Counted from the stretch's first letter, positions 22,554 to 33,265 are shown. The stretch: DNA of 64,000 nucleotides from Myxococcota bacterium (GCA_041288095.1 JBGGMJ010000167.1:1-64000), one strand, 5' to 3'. Notes: a model not told the origin generated them from the letters alone. Program-made: numbers and translations.

Positions 22554-23654
22554 TCAGAAGCGTCCGCCCAGCATCATCATCGCGCCGCCGTTCCCGGCCA
22601 CATATGCGCTCGCCTCCACGTCACCGCGCGGCCAGATCAGCACGGCCACGCCCGCGGCCGCCGCCGCCGCCCCCAAGGCAAGTCCCACAGTGGCAATGCG
22701 CTCGTCTCTGCGTATCTCCTGCTGTGCGTCGTACACTTGCAGCTGGGTCGTGTCGGCGTCGACCTGGTTGCGCGTCGAGCGCGCATGCAAGCCGAAGTAG
22801 GTCCCCAAGACCGCTGCCGCGACGCCGGTGCCGATGAGACTGATGCCAACGACGGGACGCCAGTCCAGCGGCGTTGCCGCGGCGGTGATGCTCTCGCTCG
22901 CCTCGTCTTGGTTGTCGTGCTCGTCGTCGGCGAGATTCTCGGCCTCCATGGGGAGATCGTCAGGGGGCAGCGGCGTCTGCGCTTGCGCGATGGCGTCCGC
23001 GCCCGGCGCACCGGCAAGCTCGAGCCGCGCGGTCGCGCCGGGAGCAAGCATCACCTTGCGCCGCAGCTCGCCGATGCTCACGCGTCGCAACCCGGGCCTT
23101 ACCTCGTAGGATCCCGGCCCATTTCCAGCCGCGACATCGTCGACGAGCACCGGTACGTCGCTCGCGATGCCGCTCACCTCCAAGAACGCCGGATCCGTGA
23201 TGCCCAGGATGTCGTACAGGTTACCGCCGATGACGCTCTTCGCTTCGCGTACGGACGCGAACTCCGTCACGAGCTTGCGGCTGATCTCACCGCGGCCCAC
23301 GTCGAAGACGACGAAGAGCACGCGAACGGCGCCGCCTTCCATCGAGCGCGCGTGACCGACGATGACCTCGGCGGCCCGCTGCCGTTTGCCGAACCGTCCC
23401 AAACAGTTCACGTCGTCGCGGCAGCCGTTCAGAATGACGCGCGGGTTCATGTGCAGCCGCGCCCGCAATGCGCGGCCCGCGAGAACCCGACGTTCGGTCA
23501 CGAATGGGGCAGCCCGGCTGAGCACGTTGTAGACCGCTTTCGCGGTTGGCCTAGCGCCGGCGTCCTCGCTGATGAGTGGAAAGACCACGACGGTGGGAGC
23601 GGAAGGCGCCGGCGCGGAGATGGCGAGCAGGAGCCCAAGGGCGGCGACGGTCAT
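22554..23654 (-). CDS. Secreted PEGA-like domain protein with C-terminal hydrophobic hairpin
   Basis: Signal peptide; CRDDVNCLGRFG; VLVDD..G..EVRPG.RRV; C-terminus GGAMMMLGGRF. Confidence 0.65.
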   Translation of the reverse strand: MTVAALGLLLAISAPAPSAPTVVVFPLISEDAGARPTAKAVYNVLSRAAPFVTERRVLAGRALRARLHMNPRVILNGCRDDVNCLGRFGKRQRAAEVIVGHARSMEGGAVRVLFVVFDVGRGEISRKLVTEFASVREAKSVIGGNLYDILGITDPAFLEVSGIASDVPVLVDDVAAGNGPGSYEVRPGLRRVSIGELRRKVMLAPGATARLELAGAPGADAIAQAQTPLPPDDLPMEAENLADDEHDNQDEASESITAAATPLDWRPVVGISLIGTGVAAAVLGTYFGLHARSTRNQVDADTTQLQVYDAQQEIRRDERIATVGLALGAAAAAAGVAVLIWPRGDVEASAYVAGNGGAMMMLGGRF

Positions 23655-24823
23655 TGCACACGCACGCCGATCGTCATCGTCGCGACCGAAACCGCCTCAC
23701 CGGGTGGAAAGCGCCAAGCAGAGACCACGCGCTCGACGCACGATGCGACGTCGGCGGAGCTCACGACGCCCGTGCGCCGGGCCTTGGCGCCGCTCGCTTG
23801 ACCCGCCGCGCTCACCGAGAACCCCACGCCCACCTGGTGCGTGCCCGAGCCCGCGGAGCCGAGACAGCCCGCCAGGTCGCGGCCGCGCGTGCGTGCCTCG
23901 GTGCTGACCTCGGTGAGACGCTTCGAGGTTTTGCCCGCGCCGAGCGGCTCGGCGTCGGAGTCGTCGGAGAAGATGTCGGAGAGGCTCGCGCCTTTGCGAC
24001 CCTTCCGCGATGTCGTGCCTTCGCGGCGAGCACCGCTGTGCCCACCTCGCGTTCCGGAAGATCTCTTCTCTACGTTCTGCGCGGGGCTCGCGGTCAGCGC
24101 CACCGGCTCGAGTGGGACGCTGGGAGGAGCCGCGACGACGGGGGCGACCTTGGCGGGGGCCTCGAGCTTCTCGACCACGGCTGGCGCCGGCTGAGCTTCG
24201 GCGCGTGGTCGCTCGCTGCGTCCTCCCGCGAGGTAACCGAGTCCCGAGGCCAACACGGCCACCAGCACCGCCGTCACGATGTGCAGGGGATCGCGTCGGA
24301 GCTCGCGCGCGAGCAAGAACAAAGTGGTCTTCCCGGGCCGCTTCATCCCCACCTGCGTCGGCTCGCGCTCGAGTGCCTGTTGAGCCACCTCGATCTCGGC
24401 CGCCAGTGTCGCCCGCACCTTGCTGACTTCGTCGCGCAAACGCGCGTTCTCGGTCTTGAGCGACTCGCCGCGCTCGTTCAACGCGTCGATCTGTTTGAGC
24501 AAGACCTCGACGTCCGCGGCCGACGCGCTCGCGGTCGCGGCTGCCGCTTCGTTCGCGAAGGCTGGGGGCCTGCCAACGAGGGAGATTGCGTTCAGCGCGG
24601 CGGCGGAACGCGATAGCGTGCCACGCTCGCGCTTCAAGAGCCGGATCTCGTGCTGCGCCAAGGATTCGGCGCGGCGCTCGACTTCTTGCAGCTTGGACGA
24701 GATCTCGGCCTGAATGCGCTCGAGCTCGTCGTGAGCAGCGTGCAGCTCCGCCTCACGCTCCGCGAGCATCTGATCTTTGGCGCGCGCGCCCTCGGGAGGT
24801 GGCGGAGGTGGCTGTTGCCTCAC
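23651..24823 (-). CDS. Coiled-coil membrane protein with AgmX/PglI-type (TonB-C-like) C-terminal domain
   Basis: N-terminal heptads, TM IVTAVLVAVLASGLGYL, Pro-rich linker, LAGC...VASCVERVVSAWRFP. Confidence 0.7.
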   Translation of the reverse strand: MRQQPPPPPPEGARAKDQMLAEREAELHAAHDELERIQAEISSKLQEVERRAESLAQHEIRLLKRERGTLSRSAAALNAISLVGRPPAFANEAAAATASASAADVEVLLKQIDALNERGESLKTENARLRDEVSKVRATLAAEIEVAQQALEREPTQVGMKRPGKTTLFLLARELRRDPLHIVTAVLVAVLASGLGYLAGGRSERPRAEAQPAPAVVEKLEAPAKVAPVVAAPPSVPLEPVALTASPAQNVEKRSSGTRGGHSGARREGTTSRKGRKGASLSDIFSDDSDAEPLGAGKTSKRLTEVSTEARTRGRDLAGCLGSAGSGTHQVGVGFSVSAAGQASGAKARRTGVVSSADVASCVERVVSAWRFPPGEAVSVATMTIGVRVQ

Positions 24824-24877
24824 ACGGCACTCACTTTTGGTGACCTGCGTTTATCTTATTCGATCTCGCGGCGTTCC

Positions 24878-26323
24878 TCAGTTGCTCACGGTCATCGTCC
24901 AGCTGTCGGTGGGCGTACCGGCCGCAGAGCCCCACATGCAGGTCACGGTGACCGGGCCGGGCTCGTACGGAATGACGGACAGGTTGTAGGTGCCGTCGCC
25001 GTTGTCCGTGAGTGGAAGTACTGGAGTCCCCACGCCGCTCACGACGACGTCGTCGACCAGCACGAGCTCGTTGCCGGCCGGCCCGCCGCTCGCGTTCCAC
25101 ACCAGCTCGAGCGCCATCTGCGAACAACCGTCGAACGATCCACCGAGCGCATATCCGGCGCCGCTGCATGTCCCCGAAAGGCACGGGCGCGCACCCCAGC
25201 CGTCTTTGCCCCCGTCGTCGGCGCCAAGCGCGGCGCCAACCTGCTGGCCGACCTGCAGAGGGCCAGCGCAGGTGGTCGCGGGGTCACCGCAGCAGGCGCG
25301 GACGCCGAGCACCTCACCGCCGTCCGCGTCGGTGCTCATGCCCACCTTGAGATTGACCCGCAGTCCAGTCATCCCGACGCCGCTCAGATTCGGCTGCGCG
25401 CGCGCCGTGCGTGTTTGCGCGATGACCATGATCGCGCCGCTGCAGTCATCGCTCGCAGTCGCGCCGGCCGGAACGACGGAAGCGCCGGTCATGTTGCACA
25501 CGCCGGTGCTCACGCCGGTGCCGCTGAAGCCGCCGAGCCCAGCCGCGAAATCCTGCGTGAACAACGCATAGCGAGCGCCGCTCGTGGTGCAGGTGATCTG
25601 CGCGCCAAGTCCCGGGCACGCCTCGAGGAGGAGCGTCGCGGGCTGGCCCACGGGCGTGCTCGGTGGACCGCTCAGCACGATGACGCAACCGGATGTCGCC
25701 GCGCAGTCGAGTGAAGCGCTGCCGGTGCATTGCCCCGCGTCGCAGGTCGGAAAGGTCATGCTGCTGCCGGCGCACGTGCTTGCGGGACCGCACGGCGTAC
25801 CGTCGTCGGCGATCGGTCCATCGGCCGGGCAGGTCGCCGAGCTGCCGGTACAGATCTCGACTGCGTCGCATGCACTGGGGGTTCCGCGGCACGGGGTTCC
25901 CGCCGGCGCGAGCTGATCTGCCGGACACGTGGCGCTGACACCGCTGCAGGATTCGATCAGGTCACACGGCCCGTTTGCGTCGCGACACGTGACTCCGGCG
26001 TTGCCAACGAGGTTCTCGCATGCGCCGGCCGAGCACGCGTCCTGCGTGCACGGATTGACGTCATCACAGCTGTCGATCGCGAGATGCCCGTCGACGCAGC
26101 TCCAGCGCTGCAGCGCGTCCAGGCAGCCGCCGGTTCCAGCGTCGGTCGTGCAAGCGTCGCCGGCGGTGACGCACGTGTTGGTGGCGGGGTCGCAGGTGTA
26201 ACCATCGAGGCACCGTCCCTCGTCGCAGGGCCTGCCTCGCACGTCCAACGGCTCGGAGCTGCACGAGCACGATAGAGCGATCGTAAGTAGCGGGCCGAGC
26301 CAACCACGTGAGCTGCCGCGCAC
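24878..26323 (-). CDS. Cys-rich surface lipoprotein with disintegrin-like repeats and Ig/invasin-like C-terminus
   Basis: GTG overlaps upstream TAG; LLTIALSCSC; CDDVNPCTQDAC; two CR....CD..E.C.G.SATCPAD units; TDNGDGTY. Confidence 0.75.
   Translation of the reverse strand: MRGSSRGWLGPLLTIALSCSCSSEPLDVRGRPCDEGRCLDGYTCDPATNTCVTAGDACTTDAGTGGCLDALQRWSCVDGHLAIDSCDDVNPCTQDACSAGACENLVGNAGVTCRDANGPCDLIESCSGVSATCPADQLAPAGTPCRGTPSACDAVEICTGSSATCPADGPIADDGTPCGPASTCAGSSMTFPTCDAGQCTGSASLDCAATSGCVIVLSGPPSTPVGQPATLLLEACPGLGAQITCTTSGARYALFTQDFAAGLGGFSGTGVSTGVCNMTGASVVPAGATASDDCSGAIMVIAQTRTARAQPNLSGVGMTGLRVNLKVGMSTDADGGEVLGVRACCGDPATTCAGPLQVGQQVGAALGADDGGKDGWGARPCLSGTCSGAGYALGGSFDGCSQMALELVWNASGGPAGNELVLVDDVVVSGVGTPVLPLTDNGDGTYNLSVIPYEPGPVTVTCMWGSAAGTPTDSWTMTVSN
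25820..25987 (-). repeat. Tandem disintegrin-like protein repeat (2 copies)
   Basis: CRDANGPCDLIESCSGVSATCPAD and CRGTPSACDAVEICTGSSATCPAD. Confidence 0.75.
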
Positions 26324-26823
26324 TATTTCTTTTCGCCCTGAAAGAGCGCCTCGAGCGTCTTGTCCCGGTCGACGCCGGCTTTCGGCAGACTGTCGAGGAT
26401 GCGCTTCGCCTCCGCCGGCGTCGGCACCTGTTTCAAGTCGGCGCCGCTCGGGATGATGTTGGTGACCGAGCTCGGGAGGTGGCTCTTGATATTCTTGGTG
26501 AGGAAGCCCGCGCCGACGCCACCGGCGGCAAGCAAGGCCGCGAGGCCGATGAACGCCATCTTGCCGATCGCGACGATGCGCATGACCAAGAACACCGCCG
26601 CCGCGAGCCCCAGACCCCAGGCGAACGACGGCCAATGCATATGGTCGACAGCGTTGCCCGCGATGTCTTCGGCGACGCCGATGGCTTTGGCCGTCCCGGT
26701 GTTGTCCTTGATGGTGAGCTTCTCGAGCGCACCCTTGTACTCGCGGGGGATCTCGTTCGCGGCGTCCACGAAGTGCGCGTCGCCGTTCGCGTCGATGTAG
26801 CGATAGAAGGTCTTGTCGGCCAT
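26323..26823 (-). CDS. DUF4124-like membrane protein
   Basis: FYRYIDANGDAHFVD..IPREY followed by two TM segments. Confidence 0.65.
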   Translation of the reverse strand: MADKTFYRYIDANGDAHFVDAANEIPREYKGALEKLTIKDNTGTAKAIGVAEDIAGNAVDHMHWPSFAWGLGLAAAVFLVMRIVAIGKMAFIGLAALLAAGGVGAGFLTKNIKSHLPSSVTNIIPSGADLKQVPTPAEAKRILDSLPKAGVDRDKTLEALFQGEKK

Positions 26824-26901
26824 GGACGAGAGTCATTGAAGCACAGCCTGAACCGGCGCGCATGCTTGTTCATTGGCTTGCGGGCTGCTACCGGGCCAGC
26901 C

Positions 26902-29697
26902 ATGTGCAAGGCCTTTGCGTTGCTGGCGGTGGTTTTGGCCCTGGGCTGCGTCCGCGGCAACAAGGTGCCCGCGAAGGGCATGACAGAGCCCCTCGAGCGC
27001 TTGGACCTCGGGGCGGATGAAGGCCTGCCCTTGGGGAAGCTGCCGCAGAGCGCTACCCCGACCGCGTACGCGCTCAACCTCGTCATAGACCCAGCGGCGG
27101 ACACCTTCAGCGGTGACGTCGCGATCAAGGTCCTCTTGAACAAGCCGCACGAGCTCATCTGGATGCACGGCCGCGGCCTGCGCGTGAAGACGGCTCAGGT
27201 GACCCTGTTCGACGGCAAGGTGATCTCGGCGACGTGGCAACAGATGACGCCGGACGGTCTCGCGCGTCTGTCGTTCGGGCAAAATCTGCCGCCGCAGGAG
27301 ATCACCATCGTCATCGGCTACGAGGCGAGCTTCAGCCACCGCGTCGAAGGCCTCTACAAAGTCGTGTCCGACGGGAAACCGTACGTCTTCGCGCAGCTCG
27401 AGGCGATCTCCGGGCGCTTGGTGTTCCCGGGATTCGACGAGCCGCGCTTCAAGACGCCCTTCGACATCACCATTACCGCCCCCAAGGGCGCGACCACGGT
27501 GAGCGCGACGCACGTCGTGCGGGAGGATGTCGATGGTCCGCTGAAGCGGGTCCGATTCGCGCGTACCGAGCGGCTGCCGACCTATCTCATCACCTTCGCC
27601 GTCGGCGACTTCGACGTGGTCGACGGCGGCACGATCCCGCCAAACGCGACGCGCAAGCATCCGCTGCCGCTGCGGGGTATCGCCGTGAAGGGCCGCGGCG
27701 GGAAGCTCGCTTACGCGATGACGACGACCGGCGAGCTCCTCGCCATCCTCGAGGATTATTTCGGAACGCCGTACCCCTTCGACAAGCTCGACATCATCGC
27801 GGCACCCGACTTCGCGGAGGGCGCGATGGAAAACGTCGGCGCCATCGTATTCTTCGACAAGCTGCTCTTCGTCGACCCGAAGCAATCGACGCTCGAGGAG
27901 CGCCGCGCCTATGCCGAGACCATGGCGCACGAGCTCGCGCACATGTGGTTCGGCAACATCGTGACCATGCAGTGGTGGGACGACACTTGGCTCAACGAGG
28001 CGTTCGCCAATTGGATGGGCTACCGCGTCGCGGATGTCTTCGACCCCAAGCTCGACGCCGCCATCGCGGGCCTCGAAGCAACCCTCGCGAGCATGCATGC
28101 CGACAGCCTCATGGCCGCGCGTCAGGTGCACCAGCCTGTCGAGAGCAATCACGACATCGCCAACGCCTTCGACTCGATCACCTACGACAAAGGCATGGGC
28201 GTGCTCGGCATGTTCGAGTCGTACATGGGCCGCGACGTCTTCAAGACCGCGGTGCGCAATTACCTCGAGAAGTATCGCTTCGCGAACGCGACGGCGGCGG
28301 AGTTCTTCGCGACCTTGGGCGCGTCCGCGAGCGCCGACGTGAGCCATGCGTTGCAAACCTTCGTCGAACAGCCGGGCGTCCCACTCATCGGGGTGCGGAC
28401 GACGTGCATGCCGCAAGGCCCGGCGCAGCTCACTTTGGATCAGTCACGCTACCTGCCGCTCGGCTCCGAGGGTGACGCCGGACGTCAGTGGCACGTGCCG
28501 GTCTGTGCCCGCTATAGCGTCCAAGGGAAGGCGCACAAGCAATGTTGGCTGCTGACCGCCGCATCCGCGCAGGTGAGCCTCGACAAGCCCGGGTGCCCCG
28601 ATTGGCTGATGCCGAACGCCGATGCCGCCGGCTACTATCGCTTCGCCATTCCAGCGGAGGAGACCATCAAGCTCCAGGCCGCCCTCGCGCGAAAGGACTT
28701 GAGCCGCGGTGAAGCTTTGGCGTTTGCCGACAGCCTGCGCGCTTCGGTCGCGGCGGGTCGTGCCTCCCCCGTGGATGTGTACGAGGCTCTGCCCGTGTTG
28801 GTCGCCCAGCGCGACGCGCGCATCGACGCGCAGGTGATGGCGGCGATCACGGTCACGCGCGACCGTTACGTCGATGCCTCGGCACGCTCCGCCGTCGAAG
28901 CCTTCGCTCGCGAGCTCTTCAAGGGACGCGTCACCACCGCCGACTTCGATCGCCGCGCCGGTGAGACCGAGGAAGCCCGCACCGCGCGCTCGAGTCTCGT
29001 CGCCTTCCTCACGGAGACCGGCGCCGATCCGGCGTTCCGCAAGGAAGCGAATCGCAGAGGCTTGGCGCTGCTCGCGGCGCGTGAAGCAGGCAAGTCCGGC
29101 GATGACCTGGTCGACTCCGCGCTCGCTGGGACCGTCCTCGCGGTCGCGACCTCCGACGGTGGGCGGCCGGTGCAGGAGCGGGTCATCACGTTGCTCGGCA
29201 AGCAGGAGGATCCGCGATTGCGGTCGCCGCTGATTACCGCTCTTGGTAGCGCCCGCGACTCCGAGCTCGTCTGGCAAGCGCTCGATCGAGCCCTCACCGA
29301 CACGGTGCGAGCCGCGGAGTTCTGGGCGGTCGCACAGCCGCTCGGCACGCGGCGCGAGAGCATGGCGACGACCTGGGAGTGGCTGCAAACCAACTTCGAC
29401 GGGGTGCGCGCCAAGGTCCCCGAGGAGCAACACTCCTACATTCCGTACCTCGCTCTCGACTTCTGCACCGCCGAGCGGGCCGCCGAGGTCGAACGGTTCC
29501 TGCGGCCGCGCATCGAAAATCTCACCGGCGGGCCACGCGCGCTTGCCGCCGTCCACGAGGCCATCGGTCTCTGCGCCGCGCGCTATGAGGCTCATCACGT
29601 GCTCATTCAGGGCTACTTCGTCGAACGCGCCAAAACGAAGCCCAAGAGCGCCGCTCGCTCCAAAGACGGCGCCGGCGTGCTAGGAACCAGCCGGTGA
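26902..29697 (+). CDS. M1 family aminopeptidase with ERAP1-like C-terminus, probable lipoprotein
   Basis: FPGFDEP, GAMEN, HELAH..WLNEAF, YDKG; lipobox LALGC. Confidence 0.95.
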   Translation: MCKAFALLAVVLALGCVRGNKVPAKGMTEPLERLDLGADEGLPLGKLPQSATPTAYALNLVIDPAADTFSGDVAIKVLLNKPHELIWMHGRGLRVKTAQVTLFDGKVISATWQQMTPDGLARLSFGQNLPPQEITIVIGYEASFSHRVEGLYKVVSDGKPYVFAQLEAISGRLVFPGFDEPRFKTPFDITITAPKGATTVSATHVVREDVDGPLKRVRFARTERLPTYLITFAVGDFDVVDGGTIPPNATRKHPLPLRGIAVKGRGGKLAYAMTTTGELLAILEDYFGTPYPFDKLDIIAAPDFAEGAMENVGAIVFFDKLLFVDPKQSTLEERRAYAETMAHELAHMWFGNIVTMQWWDDTWLNEAFANWMGYRVADVFDPKLDAAIAGLEATLASMHADSLMAARQVHQPVESNHDIANAFDSITYDKGMGVLGMFESYMGRDVFKTAVRNYLEKYRFANATAAEFFATLGASASADVSHALQTFVEQPGVPLIGVRTTCMPQGPAQLTLDQSRYLPLGSEGDAGRQWHVPVCARYSVQGKAHKQCWLLTAASAQVSLDKPGCPDWLMPNADAAGYYRFAIPAEETIKLQAALARKDLSRGEALAFADSLRASVAAGRASPVDVYEALPVLVAQRDARIDAQVMAAITVTRDRYVDASARSAVEAFARELFKGRVTTADFDRRAGETEEARTARSSLVAFLTETGADPAFRKEANRRGLALLAAREAGKSGDDLVDSALAGTVLAVATSDGGRPVQERVITLLGKQEDPRLRSPLITALGSARDSELVWQALDRALTDTVRAAEFWAVAQPLGTRRESMATTWEWLQTNFDGVRAKVPEEQHSYIPYLALDFCTAERAAEVERFLRPRIENLTGGPRALAAVHEAIGLCAARYEAHHVLIQGYFVERAKTKPKSAARSKDGAGVLGTSR

Positions 29698-30407
29698 GCG
29701 ACAGACCCATCGAGACCAAGCAACGTACCGACGAGGCGCGCATCGTAGACGCGCGCATGCGGCTGCGCGAGCGCTTCTTCGAGCGCATGGGGAGCACGCC
29801 CTCCATGGCGGACGACAAGCCGCTCGGAGAAGGGCCGCCGAATCGTCACGGCATGCCGCGGCTACCACAGGGCCAATACGAGACCAAGAAGTGGCCGGTG
29901 CTCGATCTCGGCCGCCAACCGCAAGTACCGCTCGAGACCTGGACGCTCGAGCTCAAGGGGGCGTGCGAACATCCGCTCACCTTGAAGTGGGCGGACTTCA
30001 TGGCGCTGGAGCAAGTAGACGACGTCAGCGACTTTCACTGCGTCACCACCTGGTCGAAGTACGACATCGCCTGGAAGGGCGTGCGCTTCACCGAGCTCGC
30101 CGCCTTAGCGGACGTCGACGAGAAGGCGACGCACGTCATGACCTACGGGTACGACGGCTACACCACGAACCTCCCGCTCGTCGAAGCCCTCAAACCCGAC
30201 GTCTTGCTGGTGCACGCCGCCAACGGCGCGCCTCTCCCAGTGGAGCACGGGGGCCCGGTGCGCATGATCACGCCGCAGCTCTACGCCTGGAAAGGCGCCA
30301 AGTGGATCAAGGGCATCGAGTTCCTCCGGGAAGACCGCAAGGGCTTCTGGGAGGAACGCGGCTATTCGAACACCGCCTACCCGTGGCGTGAAGACCGCTA
30401 CGGCTGA
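29694..30407 (+). CDS. Sulfite-oxidase-like molybdopterin oxidoreductase
   Basis: DFHCVTTWS, EHGGPVRM, YAWKGAKW, GFWEERGYS. Confidence 0.9.
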   Translation: MSDRPIETKQRTDEARIVDARMRLRERFFERMGSTPSMADDKPLGEGPPNRHGMPRLPQGQYETKKWPVLDLGRQPQVPLETWTLELKGACEHPLTLKWADFMALEQVDDVSDFHCVTTWSKYDIAWKGVRFTELAALADVDEKATHVMTYGYDGYTTNLPLVEALKPDVLLVHAANGAPLPVEHGGPVRMITPQLYAWKGAKWIKGIEFLREDRKGFWEERGYSNTAYPWREDRYG

Positions 30408-31928
30408 TCAGCGCGCCGGGTTGCCGGCGGCACCGGGCTTGCCTGGTTGGGGTTTCTTGTCGATCGCCGGCGGCGGACGCACTTCGACGGGGCGTGACAT
30501 GTCGGATTGCCCCAGCGCTTCGAGCTGCGCCTTGAGCTGACCTTCGTCGCCGACCACCACGATCTCCAGCTTGTCGTCGTCGATGTGATCCTTGACCGCT
30601 TTGGCGACGTGGTCGATCGAGACCTCGCGGAGCTTCGCCCCGATGGCCCCGTAGTAATCGAGCGGCAGGTCGTACATGTAGATGGTGCCGACCATGCGGG
30701 CCAGCGAGCGCACCGTGTCGAACTCGCCGGGCAACGACTCGATGTAGTTGCTCTTGGCGCCTTCGAGCTCCTGCTCGGTGACTCCGCTTTGACGGATCTT
30801 GCGGATCTCGAGGAGGATCTCGTGGATCGCCGGCGCGGCGACCTCCGGCCGCGTGCTGGTGGCGACGAAGAAGGCACCCGGCCCACGCCCGTAATTGAAC
30901 GCCGACGAGGCGCCGTAGGTGAAGCCCTTCTGCTCGCGCAGGTTCATGTTGATGCGGCTGTTGAACTGACCGCCGAGCACGAGGTTCGCCAGCACCAGCG
31001 CGTAGAAGTCGGGATCCGAGCGCGGCACGCCGACGTGGCCCGCCAAGATCTGCGCCTGCGCGGCGCCGGCTTTGGGCACCAGGATGATGCCGGGCTTGCG
31101 GGCGGCGACCGGGCCAATCGGCGGCGGGGTATCGCTGCCCTTCCAACCGCCGAAGCGGCTTTCGACGAGCTTCGTTGCTTCGTCGCTGGTGATGTCACCG
31201 ACGATGATGATCGCGGCGTTGCCCGGCCGGTAGTGCTTGGCGTGAAAGGCCTTGAGCTCGTCGCGCTTCACTTTGGCGAGGCCGTCCGGGGTCACGGCGG
31301 CGCTGCGGCCGTAGGGGTGATCTCCGTAGATAGTCTGCAATAGCGTACGTGACGCCAGCCGGGGCGGGCTGTCGCGCTCTTGCAGTAGGTTCGTGGTCAT
31401 CTGGGCGCGCACGCGCTCGAGCTCGTCGGCGGGGAACGTGGGGTTCTGGATGACGTCGGCGAGGACGTCGAAGGCCTGCGGCAGGTTGTCGCGCAGCACC
31501 TGCACGAAGGCGGCGCTGCCGTCGAGATCGGTCGAGCTCGAGATCTGCGTGCCCAGCGTCTCGATGGCCTCGTCGATGTCGGAGGCCTTCCGCGTCGTCG
31601 TGCCCGACTGCAGCATGTTCGCCACCATCTGGGCGATGCCTTCGTGGCCCTTGGTGTCGGCGGAGGTGCCGCTGCGGACGACGAGGTGCACGGCGACGAG
31701 CGGAAGCTCGTGCTTCTCGATCACCATGACCGTGAGACCGCTGGGCAACACGGTGCGTGTCGGCACGGGGCCAACGAAGTCTTTCGGCTTCGCGGCCTTC
31801 GGCTGCTCCAGGCGAAAAGCCTGCGCGGCGTCGCTCGTGGCGTCGGTCCCGGCGGTCACGGGCTTGTCGGTACCGCGGCCGCAGGCGAACGCCAAAACGG
31901 ACAACAACGAAACCAGTGTGCGACGCAT
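30408..31928 (-). CDS. M16B peptidase, non-catalytic partner subunit (lipoprotein)
   Basis: Lipobox LAFAC; HxxEH replaced by QMVAN; SRINMNLREQKGFTYG; TAATG coupling. Confidence 0.88.
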   Translation of the reverse strand: MRRTLVSLLSVLAFACGRGTDKPVTAGTDATSDAAQAFRLEQPKAAKPKDFVGPVPTRTVLPSGLTVMVIEKHELPLVAVHLVVRSGTSADTKGHEGIAQMVANMLQSGTTTRKASDIDEAIETLGTQISSSTDLDGSAAFVQVLRDNLPQAFDVLADVIQNPTFPADELERVRAQMTTNLLQERDSPPRLASRTLLQTIYGDHPYGRSAAVTPDGLAKVKRDELKAFHAKHYRPGNAAIIIVGDITSDEATKLVESRFGGWKGSDTPPPIGPVAARKPGIILVPKAGAAQAQILAGHVGVPRSDPDFYALVLANLVLGGQFNSRINMNLREQKGFTYGASSAFNYGRGPGAFFVATSTRPEVAAPAIHEILLEIRKIRQSGVTEQELEGAKSNYIESLPGEFDTVRSLARMVGTIYMYDLPLDYYGAIGAKLREVSIDHVAKAVKDHIDDDKLEIVVVGDEGQLKAQLEALGQSDMSRPVEVRPPPAIDKKPQPGKPGAAGNPAR

Positions 31929-33265
31929 TAGTTTTGCCCCACTTGTGGCAACGGCACCGTGGTCAGGATGACGCGGTGATCTTTCACGAGCAGCTCTTTG
32001 GCGACGCGCTGGACATCGGCGCTGGTGATCGTCTGGTAGGTGCCGATCCACTCGCGCACGTAGCCGGGGTTGCCGGTGTAATGGGTGAAGAAGGCGAGGG
32101 TGTCGGCACGAGCACCCACGGTCTGCAGCTCCGCCATGTGATCGGTGATGATGCTGTTCTTGGCGGCGGTGAGCTCGCGCTCGGTCGGAGGTTTGTCCCC
32201 CACCAGCTCGTCGAGGACCTTTTGCATCTCGGCTTCGAGCTTTGCCGCGGAGACACCGGGCCGCGCGGTCGCCATGATGGTGAACACCGAGCCCAAGCTG
32301 TGCGACGACTGATCCGCGGTAGCGGACTGCGCGATTTGCAGATCGTGGACCAGGCGCTTGTGCAGACGCGACTGCCGTCCCTCGCCGAGCACCGACGCGA
32401 GGATGTCGCAGATGTAATCGTCCTTGGCGAACGGCTTCGGCGACACCCACGCCATGTGCACGCGCGGGAGCTGGACGTTTTCGGTCACGTCGACCCGCTT
32501 CTCGGCGGGGATCCGCGGATCGGGCACGACCCTGGATGGTCCAACCGCTCGGTCCGGCAGCGTCCCGAAGTACTTCTGGATCAGCGCCTTGGTCGACTCG
32601 ATCTCGATATCGCCCACGACCACCAGCACCGCGTTCCGTGGTGCGTAATAGCGGTCGTAGAAGCTCTGCACGTCCTCGAGGGTCGCGGCGTTCAAGTCCT
32701 TCATCGAGCCGATGACCATCCCGTAGTAGGGATGGGTCGGCGCGTAGACCGATTGGATGAGCTGCTCGCTCGAGGCACCGTAGGGGCGGTTCTCGATCTG
32801 CTGGCGACGTTCTTCCTGGACGACGGCGCGCTGGTTATCGAGCTTTTGCTGCGAGATCGTGAGCCACCCCATGCGGTCGCTCTCGAGCCACAACGCGAGC
32901 TCGAGCTGATGCGCCGGCACCACCTCGTAATAGTTGGTGCGGTCGTAGTTGGTGCTGCCATTCAGGTCCGACGCCCCAGCGGCCTCGAGCAGCGCGAAAT
33001 GCCGGTCGTCGCCGACGTGCGCCGACCCCTGGAACATCATGTGCTCGAAGAGATGCGCGAAGCCCGAGCGCCCCTGTTCTTCCTGGGCGGCGCCGACTTT
33101 GTACCAAACCTCGACGGCGACGGTTGGCACCGTGTGGCTCGGGCTCAAGATGACGGTGAGCCCGTTCGGCAGAGTGTAACGCGTGAACGGCAGCTCGAGC
33201 GCCTTGAGAGCGTCACCGGGCTCCGCCGCGAGCAGCGTGGTTGCGACGAGAAGCGATGCCAGCAT
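31928..33265 (-). CDS. M16B zinc peptidase, catalytic subunit
   Basis: LPNGLTV, SGFAHLFEHMMFQG, LESDRM, VVQEERR. Confidence 0.93.
   Translation of the reverse strand: MLASLLVATTLLAAEPGDALKALELPFTRYTLPNGLTVILSPSHTVPTVAVEVWYKVGAAQEEQGRSGFAHLFEHMMFQGSAHVGDDRHFALLEAAGASDLNGSTNYDRTNYYEVVPAHQLELALWLESDRMGWLTISQQKLDNQRAVVQEERRQQIENRPYGASSEQLIQSVYAPTHPYYGMVIGSMKDLNAATLEDVQSFYDRYYAPRNAVLVVVGDIEIESTKALIQKYFGTLPDRAVGPSRVVPDPRIPAEKRVDVTENVQLPRVHMAWVSPKPFAKDDYICDILASVLGEGRQSRLHKRLVHDLQIAQSATADQSSHSLGSVFTIMATARPGVSAAKLEAEMQKVLDELVGDKPPTERELTAAKNSIITDHMAELQTVGARADTLAFFTHYTGNPGYVREWIGTYQTITSADVQRVAKELLVKDHRVILTTVPLPQVGQN

Noticed and set aside
26308..26901. N-terminal 198 aa of the 1129-aa aminopeptidase ORF
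   Set aside because: Antisense to the DUF4124-like gene; the real start is likely ATG 26902 with a lipoprotein signal
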